The translations under genes were made by a program, and so were the position numbers. A model generated the notes under the pieces. The model did no database searches and was not told the origin of the DNA. It worked only from the letters and a program-made list of their open reading frames with translations. Below, piece by piece: positions 1-12,936 of a DNA stretch of 64,000 bases (its first letter is position 1; every line of letters begins with the position of its first letter). Where the stretch lies: NCBI RefSeq assembly GCF_041956535.1, contig NW_027192209.1, positions 260,092-324,091 on the forward strand, read 5' to 3'. The stretch comes from Calcarisporiella thermophila CBS 279.70. Its lineage: Eukaryota; Fungi; Calcarisporiellomycota.

Positions 1-1325
1 CTTGCTAACCGTGAAGGCTATGATCCGGATCAGGACCACCAAGAAAAGCGCTGGTTGAGGCGAGAATACCGTGAACTCTACACCCAGACCGAAGGTACTG
101 AAAATTTTCCCCGAGATAAAATGTTATTACGCAGATGAGAGCTGATAATATATACTCTGTAGATAACAAACACACCATTGTTAATAATTCCGATGGATTG
201 ATTGATATCCTGGGGCGTGCCAATGAGCTCTATCGGAAGGGTATAAGAAGCTCTTTCATTCCGCTGCTTTTGGATGGGCTGATGCTAATATTGTACATGG
301 CTGATTGTGTATAGTTAAAAATACGCACGAAGCTGCGCTGGACTCTAAAGTGTTGATGCTCTCCAGCCAGCTTGGTCAGCAGCGTGCTCAAAATATCCTC
401 TTTGGTTACGGTCTCTTCCAGCCAGAAACATTCGTTGAGAAACTTATTACGACTATGGGTGGACGGCAGGTGCGTGCACAGAGTGCCCATACGCATCAGC
501 ATATCTGCGATTGGAGGACGATCGGATCCATAGCGACCAAATATGTTCAGCGAGCGCCGGCAATGGACTTCATGTACACATCCATCTTTATATATGTTTA
601 GACACAGTAGGTGTCAAGGCCATTAACGTATGTGTATATTGAACAGACTGGGTCCTCTCTCCGTCGAACACAAGGATCGAAAAACAAGCCGAACCGTGCG
701 ACAGGAAAAAAACAAGGCCGATCTTGTTAGACCCGAAGAGGTACTTTCTACCTTCTTTATGGTGGTGGTGGACTCTAACTAACTCATAGGTGTGCTCTTT
801 TAGCTGAAAGAGGGAGACATTGAGCGCGTGGAGAATGAAACCACTAGAAATGTAATGTACATTGCACAGCTGCTAGAGCAAGTTTGTCCAATCAATTTCT
901 TCGAATTCATCGTCAATCCCGAGTCCTTTTCTCAGACGATCGAGAATTTATTCTACCTCTCATTTCTAATCCGGGATGCAATGGCCAGTATCGAAGAGGA
1001 AAATGGCCAGCTTATTCTATGTGAGTAGTATGAGCCTTCACCCTTCCGAATTTTTTCTCATTTGCCCCTATGATCCACCCTAGGCCGCGTGGAAAAACCT
1101 ACTGCCGAAGACTACGCATTGGGGTTGGAGAAGAAGCAGTTGATCATGGACTTGGATATGCAGACATGGCGCGTAAGTTAGAAAGGGTTTCGGAGCCTCG
1201 GATGCAACGCTAAATCTTGCCCTAATCCCTTATAGGACATGATCGAGGCCTATAATATCACCAAGCCAGTCATTCCCACACGATCCTCCACTGCAGCTAA
1301 CCTAAGTAGCAAGTGGTATGGATAA
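1..1325 (+). CDS. NSE4: Nse4/EID kleisin subunit of the SMC5/6 complex (5'-truncated, about 7 exons visible)
   Basis: Spliced exons give [20 protein letters not shown] and [29 protein letters not shown] (Nse4 C-terminal signature). Stop TAA at 1323-1325. Confidence 0.9.
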
Positions 1326-1502
1326 TCCTAACGGTGGAAATCATATCCCCCAGCGAGTTGAAACTATTGCACTTTTGTTTGATACGACTTCTGTATATAT
1401 ACTATTTATTGCATTTTTTTTTTTTACAGCATGTGCGAATATAATGTTTATTTTTCATTTTAAGAACAGCAATCTATTAATCCAAAATAAAATAAATACA
1501 AG

Positions 1503-2322
1503 TTAACTTGACGACTTCTCCAGATCCCCATCCTGTTCGAGAACTCTGCGCCGTGTTTCCTCGATGGTGGCATCGCATGCGGCTATATCCTCGTTCACCT
1601 TGCGTAGTCGTGCCTCCAAATGAGCAATGTACTCCTCGTCAGAAATCTTTCGAAGAGGCGACCAGCTCTCTATCTTCAGCTTGCTTCCTTCTTGCTTGCT
1701 CTCGTGCGTCTCATTCCCGCCTGAATGTTCACGGTGGGCGTTTAATATCGCCTCTTGCCGCACATGCCTACCGGTGGTATAGAGAAACTGTACGGCTGTA
1801 CTTAATGCACCAAACAATATAAAGCCGCCAATTCCAGCTCGGGGTCCCTTCTGTAAAGTGCTAAATAGGGCTCCTGTGGTTGCCCCCGCCATCCCGCTAC
1901 TAAACAGGTCATCAGCATCGCGTGTCTGGGAATTTTTGAGGCCAAACTGCGGGTTTTTGATGCGTTGATAGGCCAAAAATGTCTCGCGAATACCTATACA
2001 CAATTCGGTAAGCCAAAAATTCCAGAGAATTTCCAAGAAATCAGGGAGAGTAGACCAAAGAATGTAACGCCAAAGATTCCACAATTTAACCCCGTCATGG
2101 TGGCATAAGTAAGCGGGGGCTTATTCTTAAGTATGGCAATGGTGCCTGCAGTGGTTGCTCCAACAAGAGCTTTGAGGGGATGGGAATTATGATTAATTAG
2201 AGGAGAGCAGGGCGTGCCGCCAACTAAAAGCCAAAACACCTACCTAGTACTCCTGTCCCCGTGATAATGTTGGTCGTAGCATCTTCGCTCCATTTTAAGT
2301 TTTTGGTTGTTGAATTCGACAT
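1503..2322 (-). CDS. Tim17/Tim22/Tim23-like small membrane protein with a C-terminal coiled coil (3 exons)
   Basis: Starts MSNSTTKNLKWSEDATTNIITGTGVL. Gly-rich TM segments (SGMAGATTGALF, GFILFGAL). Ends with WSPLRKISDEEY and a coiled coil. Two GT-AG introns. Confidence 0.6.
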
Positions 2323-2656
2323 GATTACAACATTCCGTGCTCTTTGCAAATGATTGTTTTCGGTGGAGGTATGTGGCACAGTAGATTTCGCGTTTCGCGA
2401 TTTTATATTAAGTTACACGTTATAAAAATCTATTTTCAAAAATTTTACATTTTTCCCCTCCAACTTTAATTATTTCAACACCAAAAGGATCTTGATTCTG
2501 GCCATTGTTCCTTTTATTTTATTCTTACCGCGGAGGTTTCTCTCTTCTTTTCGCATTAGCTTTTTCCAGTCAAGCCACTCTTTCCACTCTTACTAGTCCT
2601 ACTTCCCCAAATGCTGATTCTTTATTAACTTTTCCACACAGTATTGATCTCCAACC

Positions 2657-3884
2657 ATGGTTCACATCATTTTTTTATTCATTATCTTCAACAAATTTAG
2701 GCGTGTAATTTCGCCGGTTGTCCGCTCTGTCTTAAGACAGTGTGTCCCTTCGAATTTCCTCGTCTTTTTAATGGCCTTTTCCTTGCTCATACGCTATCAG
2801 CACACTCATATTGCTCGAGGTATCACCAACACCAGCTCAGTTTTTATTCGTATTGCTTATGGCACTCTGGAGCTCGTTCGGCGAGAGATATCGGCGGCGC
2901 TACCCTTATCACGTGGCGATATGATATGGGAGGATGTCTTGTGGACGGGAATAGAAGGAGTTATGAGAGAACTGGGGAGGGTCTCGCAACTTCTAGGTGA
3001 TGAGATAGGAGGCGAATCAGAAACTGAAGAATTGGAAAATTCGCTAGGATTTATTTCTAGAGAGCGTGGGCGCACAACCGTGACTAGTCAAAGTGTATGT
3101 TGTGGTATACTTTATCTCCTTTCACATATGAACTTACTGGATTATTACATGTTAGAGCGAGCCCGAAGAAGAGGCAGTGTATGATTGTAGATGTCTCCGC
3201 CCATGTAGTTGCGTTGGCGCTAGTTTGAACCGAGTTAGTTCGAGCCGTGGTCTTCTCCGTATGCTTGATGGTCGGATGGCGCTGGTCTCCCCACCCTCAG
3301 CCGGAAGGCGGCGTTATAACCGACCAAGATCTCGAGTTTCTTTCTCTCCCCTGCCTTCGCTGGATAATAGAAACATCCCGCGCAATATCGCGATGAGGCA
3401 AACTAAGGTTGCCAAGACTATTGAAGCTGACCACTGCAATAAGGCGTCTCGGAACGAGCCTGCTCAACAGGCTGTGAATACTATTACGTCTCTACCGCTT
3501 CGAATTCACCAGCGATCCATTCCATGGGCTCCAGATGTGCTGGACACAAAGGGAGCTTCCCCTTTCACGAAGGGAGAGAGTGCGGACAAACATGAAGCGA
3601 AATATGTTAGCGATTCTCCAACACTTGGCGAGCATAAAGATAACGAGTGTCTGACTGCGGCCAAGATGGATGGGTGGGTCCAAACGAATAAGCTGATCAG
3701 CCGTGCTTCAAAAAGACACCGAGTGAGCAATCCAATGAATTGGATGAAGCGGTTACAATTCACGGTCCTCTGGATGTCTTTTGTTGGCACACTGGTCTGC
3801 TTTTCCCCTATCATTGCTATATTTAGCCCCTTATTGGTTGTACAAATACCCGTACTCCTAATTGTATATCGGATGGCAAACTAA
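2657..3884 (+). CDS. Hypothetical membrane protein (2 exons; start uncertain, 2657 or 2771)
   Basis: A GT-AG intron at 3095-3155 joins ORF 2657 in frame to ORF 3177 (TSQS|SEPEEEAVYDC). Hydrophobic N-terminal region and a hydrophobic C-terminal hairpin. Confidence 0.55.
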
Positions 3885-3992
3885 GTTCTACTATTTCATT
3901 CATCCACTCCCTGTGTTATCCAGTTTATATTCCCCACATTTTACAATATCACCCTGTATTTTTTCTGTTTGTACTTTGAATTTTATAACTCC

Positions 3993-4020
3993 CACGCACA
4001 CACACACTCACACATACGCA
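3993..4020 (+). repeat. Imperfect (CA)n microsatellite
   Basis: cacgcacacacacactcacacatacgca, between convergent 3' ends. Confidence 0.7.
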
Positions 4021-4326
4021 TATTTAAACACTTTCTGCCTTCAACTCGGTTTGTTCACGTTTGTTTTCTCAGATAGTTATTTTTTTTTTCGCCTGATTAA
4101 ACTAAATACACTACGTCTCTCTGATTGATGCTGGTGGCTTGCCTTTAATTGCCATAGAATTTCACGAGTAATAGCTAACGCTTTCAAAGCAAAGGCTCTT
4201 TAGCCTGGAAGGGCATCTTTGAAAACTAATAAAACAGTTTTGACAAGTTTATTCTTAACAAGTATTAAGGGAAAGAATGCTGATAAAACCACAAACAGTG
4301 TTCATTAACAAACCAAAAATGCTAAC

Positions 4327-6808
4327 TTACTTTTTACGCTTTCCCATTTTGCTCATCAGCTGGCTCAGTCGCTGGTGCACAGAAACTTTGGGCGGTTGCT
4401 TTTTGGAAGCGCTCCGATCCTTCGCTCTCCCGCTATTTTTCTTGTCCTCCACTTCCTCCTCTTCTTCATCAGACCCAAATAGATCCTCCCATTCAGCCTT
4501 CTTTGCACCCTTGGGTTTTGGCACCTTTGCCCGGGTGGAGGTAGTCTTCGAGCTTTTCCGACCTTCCTCGGCAAAATCACTGTCATCTGACAAGGAGGAG
4601 TTTGGCGTGCTCTTCCGTCTCCGCTTTCGTGCAAGTTTATCCCATCGACCACCCTCGCCCTCGGGCTGATAGTCCTCGTCGTCGGAGTCCAATGCTGCAG
4701 CCTCTAGCCCCAACACATCCTCATCGTCAAGCGCATCCTCGTTCGTTTTCAATTTTACCACCAGTTTGGATTTTGTTTTCTTCAACTGTTTAGGGGGCGG
4801 CCGCTCTAGGTCATCGGCCTCATTCATCTCTTCGCCTCCATCCTTCGTTTCTCCCCTCCCATCCCTCTCCTCCTCTTTGAAAAGCTTAAGCTTCAGTTTA
4901 GATTTCAAGGCATTACCGGAGGGAAGTGGATCTGGTAACGAGCTTGCGTCGATATCGGGAAAGTTAGGCAACATGCTCTTGAGTTGTAAAATTAGGTCGC
5001 TTGTCAGTTGTGCGGGGTCCTCCAAGTCCGGCGGTATGTTAGCTCGCGCCTTTTTCCGCCCCTCCACGCCCCCTGACACCAACGTCGATACTCTCTCGGC
5101 CATGAACCGCGCCAAAGCCACGAGGCCTTCAATCTCCCATATGCACAGTGCATCGGGCATCTCGGCCAAATCGCTTGCATATTTTTGGCCCGCATACCAG
5201 CATATTCTCTCGTAAAATGGATACCGGAATTTGGTGGGAACATGCGTGCGCTCTTCAATTCCATATACCGCAAGTTGAGATCCGATGTTGAGGCCGTGTA
5301 AAAAGTTTCCGCCAATGACGACAGAATCTTGGGGTGTGCGAACTGCGTGGATCCAACCCGTTGGAATAATCCTAAGGAATGCCATAAAGAAACTCGGAGT
5401 CATTCCTTGGCCAATTTTGTTAGGGAATAGAGTATTTTACATGGTGTTGCCAGCCTTTAAGTTTACTGCATAGCACTCTTCCACTTCGTCGGCCAGGAAT
5501 GTGCTCGACTGATCTGGTGATGAGCTCCACTTCTCATACTTCTTCAGGTTCTTCGGCGTGGGGGGTATAAAGTAGAAGATCTTCTCTCCAGATAGAATGT
5601 GATAAAATACGGATGTGCCTCCAAAATCAATGTGGCTAGAGACAAAAGACATTTTCGTTAAGACAATAGAAGTTGTGGCCAATAAAGGGGGAGATAGTAC
5701 AAATCTGTAAAGGAGTCTTTTACGCTCATCAGACAATAGAGTTGCACCTTAGGATACTCCTTAGGCTTAAGGTGCTTGGGCCACACAGTATCAACCCAGT
5801 CTAGCTCTCTAGGATAGATTGAGAAGAAAAGAGCTGTGTCAATCGCAAGTTTCCGTGTATGCGGAGGGGATTCCTCCCCAATCAAGCTGGGTGAATATCT
5901 TCTGCAAACCCCTACCTCACTACCCTTGGTCTTAGTATCTGCTCTGCGAGTTTAGTGTCGCTCACTTCCAGGCTGATCACATTCAGAATACGATCGCGTA
6001 TAGGACTATGAAAATAGGCCGCCCACCGGTAGAGCGTCCATCCAGTCACGCCTGATTGAGTTGCAACGTCTGATCGAGGAGAGGAAAGAGATTAAAATTG
6101 CTGCTATAGTCGTTAAATTAAGGACATTCTATTCTACCCATTATCTCTACAGGAACATCGCCTGGTTTGAAAGCCATCAAGTATAAAATGAGGTGAAAAT
6201 AGCGAGGTTAGTATTCGCTAATAATGTTAAAAGAAAAAATGGCGTAGATACGACGTAATACCGATTATTTTCGCAATTTCGCGTACGGTCAAGGTACTGG
6301 CAGGCATCTTCATATCTAATCCTTCACTATTCTCAAATATAATGGGCTCGCGCATTCCCGATGCACGCGCCCACTCAATTGTAAAATCTTGGCCTTGCAT
6401 CCGTAAGAACGGGTCTTTAGAAAACCGACGGGATTCCACAAGACGACTCCAGTTAAGGCCCGTTTCACCGGTCGAATTCAGATTCGCATAATTGAGACGC
6501 TTATGCTCGCGAGACGATCGTCGCCGTTGTTTATCTATGAGCGCAGGATATGGACATTTAAAAAAACAAAAGCGAATGTGCAGGTAGCGAGAAACAATTT
6601 TACATGTGCTTGGACCATGTTTGGAAACGCAATCGGGGCAATGAAATTTTTCAATAAGCTCACATTCTGCTGTGGTTAACGCGAGGCAAGCGGCATGATA
6701 CCAAGCATCGCAGGCATCGCATTGCACCCAATGATCTACTGCACCGCTCCAGAACATTGGCTCTTCTGGACACAATGGACAGCGATCATTACTCTGAGAA
6801 GCACTCAT
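4327..6808 (-). CDS. JHD1: PHD-finger plus JmjC histone demethylase (JHD1/KDM2-KDM7-like)
   Basis: PHD ([15 protein letters not shown]...FHCPDC). JmjC ([44 protein letters not shown]). At least 6 GT-AG introns. Confidence 0.92.
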
Positions 6809-7542
6809 GAGTCATACATAAACGTAGGAGAGTATTTCAATAGGATATAAAGGGGAGAAGTGATAAAATGAAGGAATAATTATAGCGAATATTCCAAATT
6901 TTTGGACGGCCACTTTGGAAAAATTTCATAAAACCCGCCACAAGTCACAAGTCAATTAGACTGTGCCACTAAAATAGTATAATATCTACTTTAAGATGAT
7001 ATCCCTTAATGATGGTATAGAGTTTGTATGAACAGATAGGTGGCTGTATGCACACCAAAATAATATCATAAAAAAATAGTGGAGTGAGTAGTTACCAAAG
7101 GCATGGGCAAAGGTTCAGATTTGTTTTTATTTTATATATTTAAACTACTTTACTTTCAGATTACATCTCATGGCGAACATCAGATATTCCACTCTCACCT
7201 AGCTGCCAAGTAACAAAATATCTTACATGACTAGCAAAAAAGAGCCCAATTTGCTATAAATTCAAATGGTATAGCTATGGATATATGAAGTGACAATAGC
7301 TCGCTCAGAGGAAAAAAGAAGAATGTAATGTAAAATTGAAAATATCCACAATACAACGCATTTAATGCCTTTTCCAATTGATCTGTTAATATAGATCAAT
7401 CGTAGTTATTCCATGCAGGTTATCCAACTATTGCAACCATGGAGGCCAAAGAGAAAATCTAACGTCCGAAGCAATACGCACGAAGGACATCATTGAAATG
7501 AAGTCACAGCCATTGAGGTGTCAATTTTCGCCAATTTTATGC

Positions 7543-7592
7543 TTCCCGAGTTTTCTATATGCTTCTTCGGGCCCTGATGGAAGGTTAGAGAA
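7543..7592 (+). promoter_or_regulatory. Probable heat-shock elements upstream of SSE1
   Basis: TTCccGAGttTTCtaTATgcTTC (TTC at 7543, 7553, 7563; 10-bp period) and GAAggTTAgaGAA (7580-7592), 120-170 bp upstream of the Hsp110 ATG. Confidence 0.55.
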
Positions 7593-7709
7593 ACATTTCT
7601 ATAGATAAAAACTGGCAGTCATATTTTTTAGTTTCTTCAGCTTTCTCTTTATTATATATAAATAATCCACCACTGCCCATCCTAACCTCTGCCTATCCCG
7701 AAATACATA

Positions 7710-10229
7710 ATGTCGGTAGTTGGAATTGATTTCGGCTCTTTACAATCTGTCATCGCAGTGGCCCGTAACCGCGGCATCGATGTCATTACGAATGAAGTAT
7801 CGAACCGAGCAACTCCGTAGGTTTTTTTTTGAGTTCTGGATAAGTACTGGGTTTATCTAATTTGCTATCTTTCCTAGGTCATTGGTGTCATTTGGTTCGA
7901 AGCAACGTTATCTGGGTGAAGCAGCAAAATCGCAAGAGATCTCCAACTTCAAAAATACCGTCGGCTCCCTCAAACGATTGGCAGGGCGGTCGTTCCAAGA
8001 CCCTGAAATTCAACAAATAGAGAAGCAGTATATTAATGCCGAGTTAGTGGATGTCAATGGACAAGTTGGAGTCAAGGCATGTCATTAGTTTTCGCTCCCG
8101 TAATGTGGAGGTAATGTGCTAACTATATTCTTCTTTCACAGGTCAATTACTTAGAACAGGAGACCATCTTTAGCAGCACACAATTAATTGCCATGTATCT
8201 CGGCAAACTACGTGACATTGCCGCTAAGGAACTTAAAATCCCGGTTTCGGATGTGGTTATCTCTGTTCCGGCATGGTTCACTGATGCACAGCGCCGCGCG
8301 ATTCTCGATGCTTCCGAAATTGCCAATCTCAATGTGCTGCGCCTTATCAATGACACGACGGCTGCTGCATTGGGCTATGGAATCACCAAGACAGATCTAC
8401 CTGAAGACAAACCACGCAATGTAGTGTTTGTCGACGTGGGGTACTCTGACTATACCGTTACGGTGGTTTCATATCTAAAGGGGCAGTTGACGGTTCTAGC
8501 CACCGCATGCGATCGCCATCTCGGTGGCCGCAATTTCGACCAGGTGCTGGTTGACCACTTTGCGGAGGAGTTCAAGCAACGTTACCACATTGATATCAAG
8601 TCGAACAATAAGGCCCTCTTCCGCCTGCGTGCCGGATGCGAGAAACTCAAGAAGGTGTTGTCTGCAAATCCTCAGGCCCCATTCAACGTGGAGTCGATCA
8701 TGAATGACGTGGATGTATCAGCAATGCTGACCCGTGTAGAGTTCGAGACCCTCTCGGCTCATCTCTTGGACCGGGTTGAGGCCCCTCTCCGGGAGGCTCT
8801 GCAGGCTGCTGGTTTAGACGTTGCCGATATCCATTCGATAGAGCTTGTGGGTGGGTCGACACGTATCCCTTCGGTAAAGGAAAGAGTGTCGAAGTTCTTT
8901 GGAAAGGAAGTGTCCACCACGCTCAACCAGGATGAGGCCATTGCACGTGGCTGCGCGCTCCAGTGTGCTTCTCTATCCCCCGTGTTCAAAGTGCGTGAGT
9001 TCCAGGTTCATGACATATCTCTGTACCCCATCAAGTTTACATGGGCGCCCACTCCCGAAGAAGAGGACACGGAGCTGGTCGTCTTCCAGCGAACCAACCC
9101 GATCCCCTCCTCCAAGATCCTCACCTTCTACCGCAACCAGCCCTTCGAAATCGAGGCCCAGTATGCCGAGCCCGAGACTCTGCCCACGGGCGTAAACCCG
9201 TGGATCGGAAGATTTATGGTGAAGAAGGTGGAGCCCATCAAGGACGGAGAGCTGGCCCAGGTGAAGGTGAAGGCAAGGCTGAACCTTCACGGGGTCGTCT
9301 CCATTGAGGGCGCGTATGTTGCTGAGGAGGTGGTCAAGGAGGTCGAGCCCGAGGCTATGGAGACCGACAAAGCGAACGGCGCGGAGCCTCCCAAGGAGGG
9401 TGCTGAGGCGGAGAAGCCGGCCGCCAAGAAGGTGAAGAAGATTGTGAAGAAACACGAGCTGCCCGTTGTGAAGGGTACCACCTCGCTCGACTCGTCCTTG
9501 GTTGCCGAGCTAAGGGAGAAGGAGGCCCAAATGTGCTCGTCCGATAAGCTCGTGGAGGATACCGAGGAGCGCCGCAACGCGCTGGAGGAATACGTGTACG
9601 AGATGCGCGGCAAGCTCGAGATGCAGTACTCGGACTACGTCGATGATGCGACCAAGGATAAGTTCCTGCAGCTGCTGAACGAGATGGAGGAGTGGCTGTA
9701 CACGGAGGAGGGCGAAGAATCGACCAAATCCGTGTATGTTGGGAAGCTGGAGGAGCTGCTCAAGTACGGACAACCGATCACCGAGCGCTATCGTGAGGCG
9801 GAAGCTCGGCCGCATGCGGAGCGTCATCTGCGCGAGACCATTGAGCAATTTGTGAAGAATGCCCTGAGCACGGAGGAGCGCTTTGCCCACATTTCTCCTG
9901 AGGAGAAGCAGCAAGTAGTCGATCGATGCGAACGCGCACGCCGGTGGTTGGATGAGATGCTACAGAAGCAGGCCGCTGTTCCGCTCTGCGAAACGCCGGT
10001 TGTGTTTGCCCGGGACATCATCAAGGAGAGAGAGGAGCTGGTGCACTTTGCAACTCCCATTCTCACAAAACCAAAGCCGAAGCCCGCACCGGAGCCCACG
10101 AAGGCCGACTCGCCAAAACCCGATGCCGCCACTCCTGAACAAGACGCACAAAAGCCGCCCAACGGCACCAGCGAATCGCCCAAGCCAGAAGATACCAAGG
10201 GAGATAAACCGGAAATGGACGTGGATTGA
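7710..10229 (+). CDS. SSE1: Hsp110-family chaperone / Hsp70 nucleotide-exchange factor (3 exons)
   Basis: MSVVGIDFG...[26 protein letters not shown]-terminal EMDVD. Intron 2 (8077-8141) is GC-AG. Confidence 0.97.
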
Positions 10230-10567
10230 AATGCTTAAAAGGCGCTTTTATATTTTTGGGCTAATTAGAAGTGAATTGCACATTTTCAATTTGACGTTCC
10301 ATGAATATTTGTGTTCTTTTTCTATTTTTATTTTATCAAGTTTTTTTTTGCTCTTTTATAGAATTGTAAATTCATTAAATTTTTTATCATGGGTCCACTT
10401 AGTCTTGTTTTCCTATGGGAAGTAGTTGGGTTAATCAACTAACGACACTAGAATGACTTTATAAAACAATGGAATTTCACAACCAAAAAAAAAAATCAAA
10501 TAATAAAGCCAATATGAAAGGAAGCTATTGTCTTGTTTAAGCGAAAATGTCTATCTAGCACAGAGCA

Positions 10568-12400
10568 TTACAGTGCCAATGCAATCAACCCGGAAAGAAC
10601 GGCAGCCAAAGCATTGGAGGAATATGCGGATGCTGCTGAAGATTTTTTTGGGGTTTGCGTGGTTTTGCGGGGGGAGCCCTGAGTGGTGGCATTACTACTG
10701 CCACTTCCTCCTAGTGGGAGAACTGCCTGGCTTTCCAGAGCGCCGCCGGGCAGGCATTGGTTGGCCATTGGATCCCAAAAGACGGTCTCGCACTCGTCTG
10801 AAATTGGGAATCGGTTGGAGGCCACCCGCGGAGGAAGCGGATTCTCGAGCGAGGGAAGTTGCGAAGGACAGCCGTAGCAAGTCCTAAACAGGCCCGTTTG
10901 GAAATTGCAGGATTCGAGCACCCCCTCGTCAATCTGTCCGTCGCCATTGTCGTCCAAGCCGTTGCATATCTCTCTGCCGAGCTTCGGCACGTCACAGGCC
11001 ATGTATTTTTGCGCGCCAAGCTCGCCCTTTGGCACTGGGTTGAGCATCCACTCCAGGAGCTGCTGGTTATTGACCATCCAGACGTCTGGCTGAGCCATTG
11101 CCCAGTCAAGGAACTGCGTGAGTGCGTTCATGAATTGGGTGGGATCCCGCGGCCCCATGTTTGGTGTGAGATGAAGGGGATGCACATAGATCCCAAACGG
11201 TTGACGGCCACCCGAGTAGTGGCGGTTGAAGTTGTCTTTCAGTAGCTGGAGAAATTGGTCGGGGGGAACTTCAAGATAGGGGTCCATGAGGTGTGGAGCT
11301 AGAGGGGCATCCACATTGACACTATCCGTTAGTAGGTTATTCAGCCGTCACACAGGAATGAATCCACCTACGTTTCTGGCCGCCTTCGACAAGATCGTGC
11401 ATCGGAATCTCCCACAATCCCGGGAACTTTACTTTTCCAGGATCGCAAAACCCTTTCCAACAATCGTTGGCCAGTCCATGGTCGAGCGTGTATGGCCAAT
11501 AGGCATCATCGGCCTGAGCTGAAGCGGAGCTATCGTACATCATTCCCTATCATGTTTGGGGGCCTTTATCGTTACTAATTTGAGCAGGCTCAGTGCATTT
11601 AGTAACGGTACATTACTTGTTTGACAATGCGGCTCAGGGTCTCGATGGAATAGTTGAGGAAGGGGGCGCGGAAGCCTGCGATCCTGGACTTTGGAATGCC
11701 GGCAAACGAGTTGAGAATCGATTTGCAAGAGGCAATCTCCTCTTAGTTTGCAAAAAAGAGTTAAATGTCTACCGTGAAAATCGCCTTTCTGCTGCAGCTA
11801 CTTACGCTCAGAAGGATCCCCAACATGGGTGACGGTATGATCTGCAACCTCGTGGCCAGCGGCGTACCACTGAGTGACCAGCCCCATATCCGTATACTGG
11901 ATCGAGACGAACCATGTTCCGCGAGCCTGTTGTTAATGAAACAAAGAGGAGTGAGGTGAGCGCTCCGAGTGCGATTTTTGGTTAGAGAACTTGTACCCAC
12001 CGGGCACCCGTTTGGATTCTTGCGGTTGAGCAGTGTGTATGCGGTCTTCATCAGCCCTGTTCAATGGAAATCGGCCTAGATCAACATGCTCTTGAGCTTG
12101 AGTAGCATAGGGCGGCCAGTCTTACCTTGCTGAATGGAATCGTCTGAATGCAGTGACATGCACAATAGAGAGATGTTAGATCGAATTCATTTGTCTTGCT
12201 GAATGAAGCGGCAGAAGTTTACCGAATGTAATGGTGAGGAATTGCGGGGCATTCGCCGGCGCAATGCCGTTTGGCGGGTTCGGGGAGGCGCATAGGCATG
12301 AGGGAAGCTTGCACTGGTTTGGGTCGCAAGAATAGGCCGATTGCTGAGCGAACGCCAACGTGCAAGCGGCCAGACCGGCCAGAATAGTCAGGTTGTGCAT
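10568..12400 (-). CDS. Secreted, probably GPI-anchored CE4 polysaccharide/chitin deacetylase
   Basis: Signal peptide, then CDPNQCKLPSCLCA, TFDD, GHEVADHT, GFRAPFL, YDSS, WPYTLD, GLWEIPM, NFNRHY...PFGIYVH. Ser/Thr linker and hydrophobic C-terminal tail. Confidence 0.9.
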
Positions 12401-12936
12401 TGGATAGGGTGTCGACGGTCAAATGGAGAGGAGAAGAGAGTTGCTATGACATGGAAAACAGGGTGGCAGCCAGAAATGTCGAAGAATGTGAAATCCTCTA
12501 TCCAGCCAATCAGGAGGGCATCTCATGGGGAGGGGAACCGTGCTTCAATATATGCGCTCTCTGGCTATTCCAAAAGGTTTGTAAAGATGGACCCATTGCC
12601 ATTTTCACAAGAGGAATAGGCGGTTGGCATCAGTATGCCTCTTACTCCCGTTTGTCATGGTCGAAACATTGGCTATCCCAAGGACATTATCCAAGGATGA
12701 AACCCCATAATTAACATTTCTATAATTTAACTAGTCCATGACGAAATTAAAGTCAGTGCATAAAAATGAACGAAAATCGCTAATTTTACGCGTTTTGGCT
12801 CATATTTAACGCGACACCATTTCCCCATGTTGAATACCAACTGATAAGCGGTCGTCGTTGCCATTAGATTTTCTCTTCAGCATCGCATCCCTATTTTTAT
12901 TTTTTTTTCACTCCCCCCCCCCGACCATTCCATCAA

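Noticed and set aside
3177-3184. Overlap of ORFs 2657-3184 and 3177-3884 suggesting frameshifting
   Set aside because: Explained by an ordinary GT-AG intron at 3095-3155.
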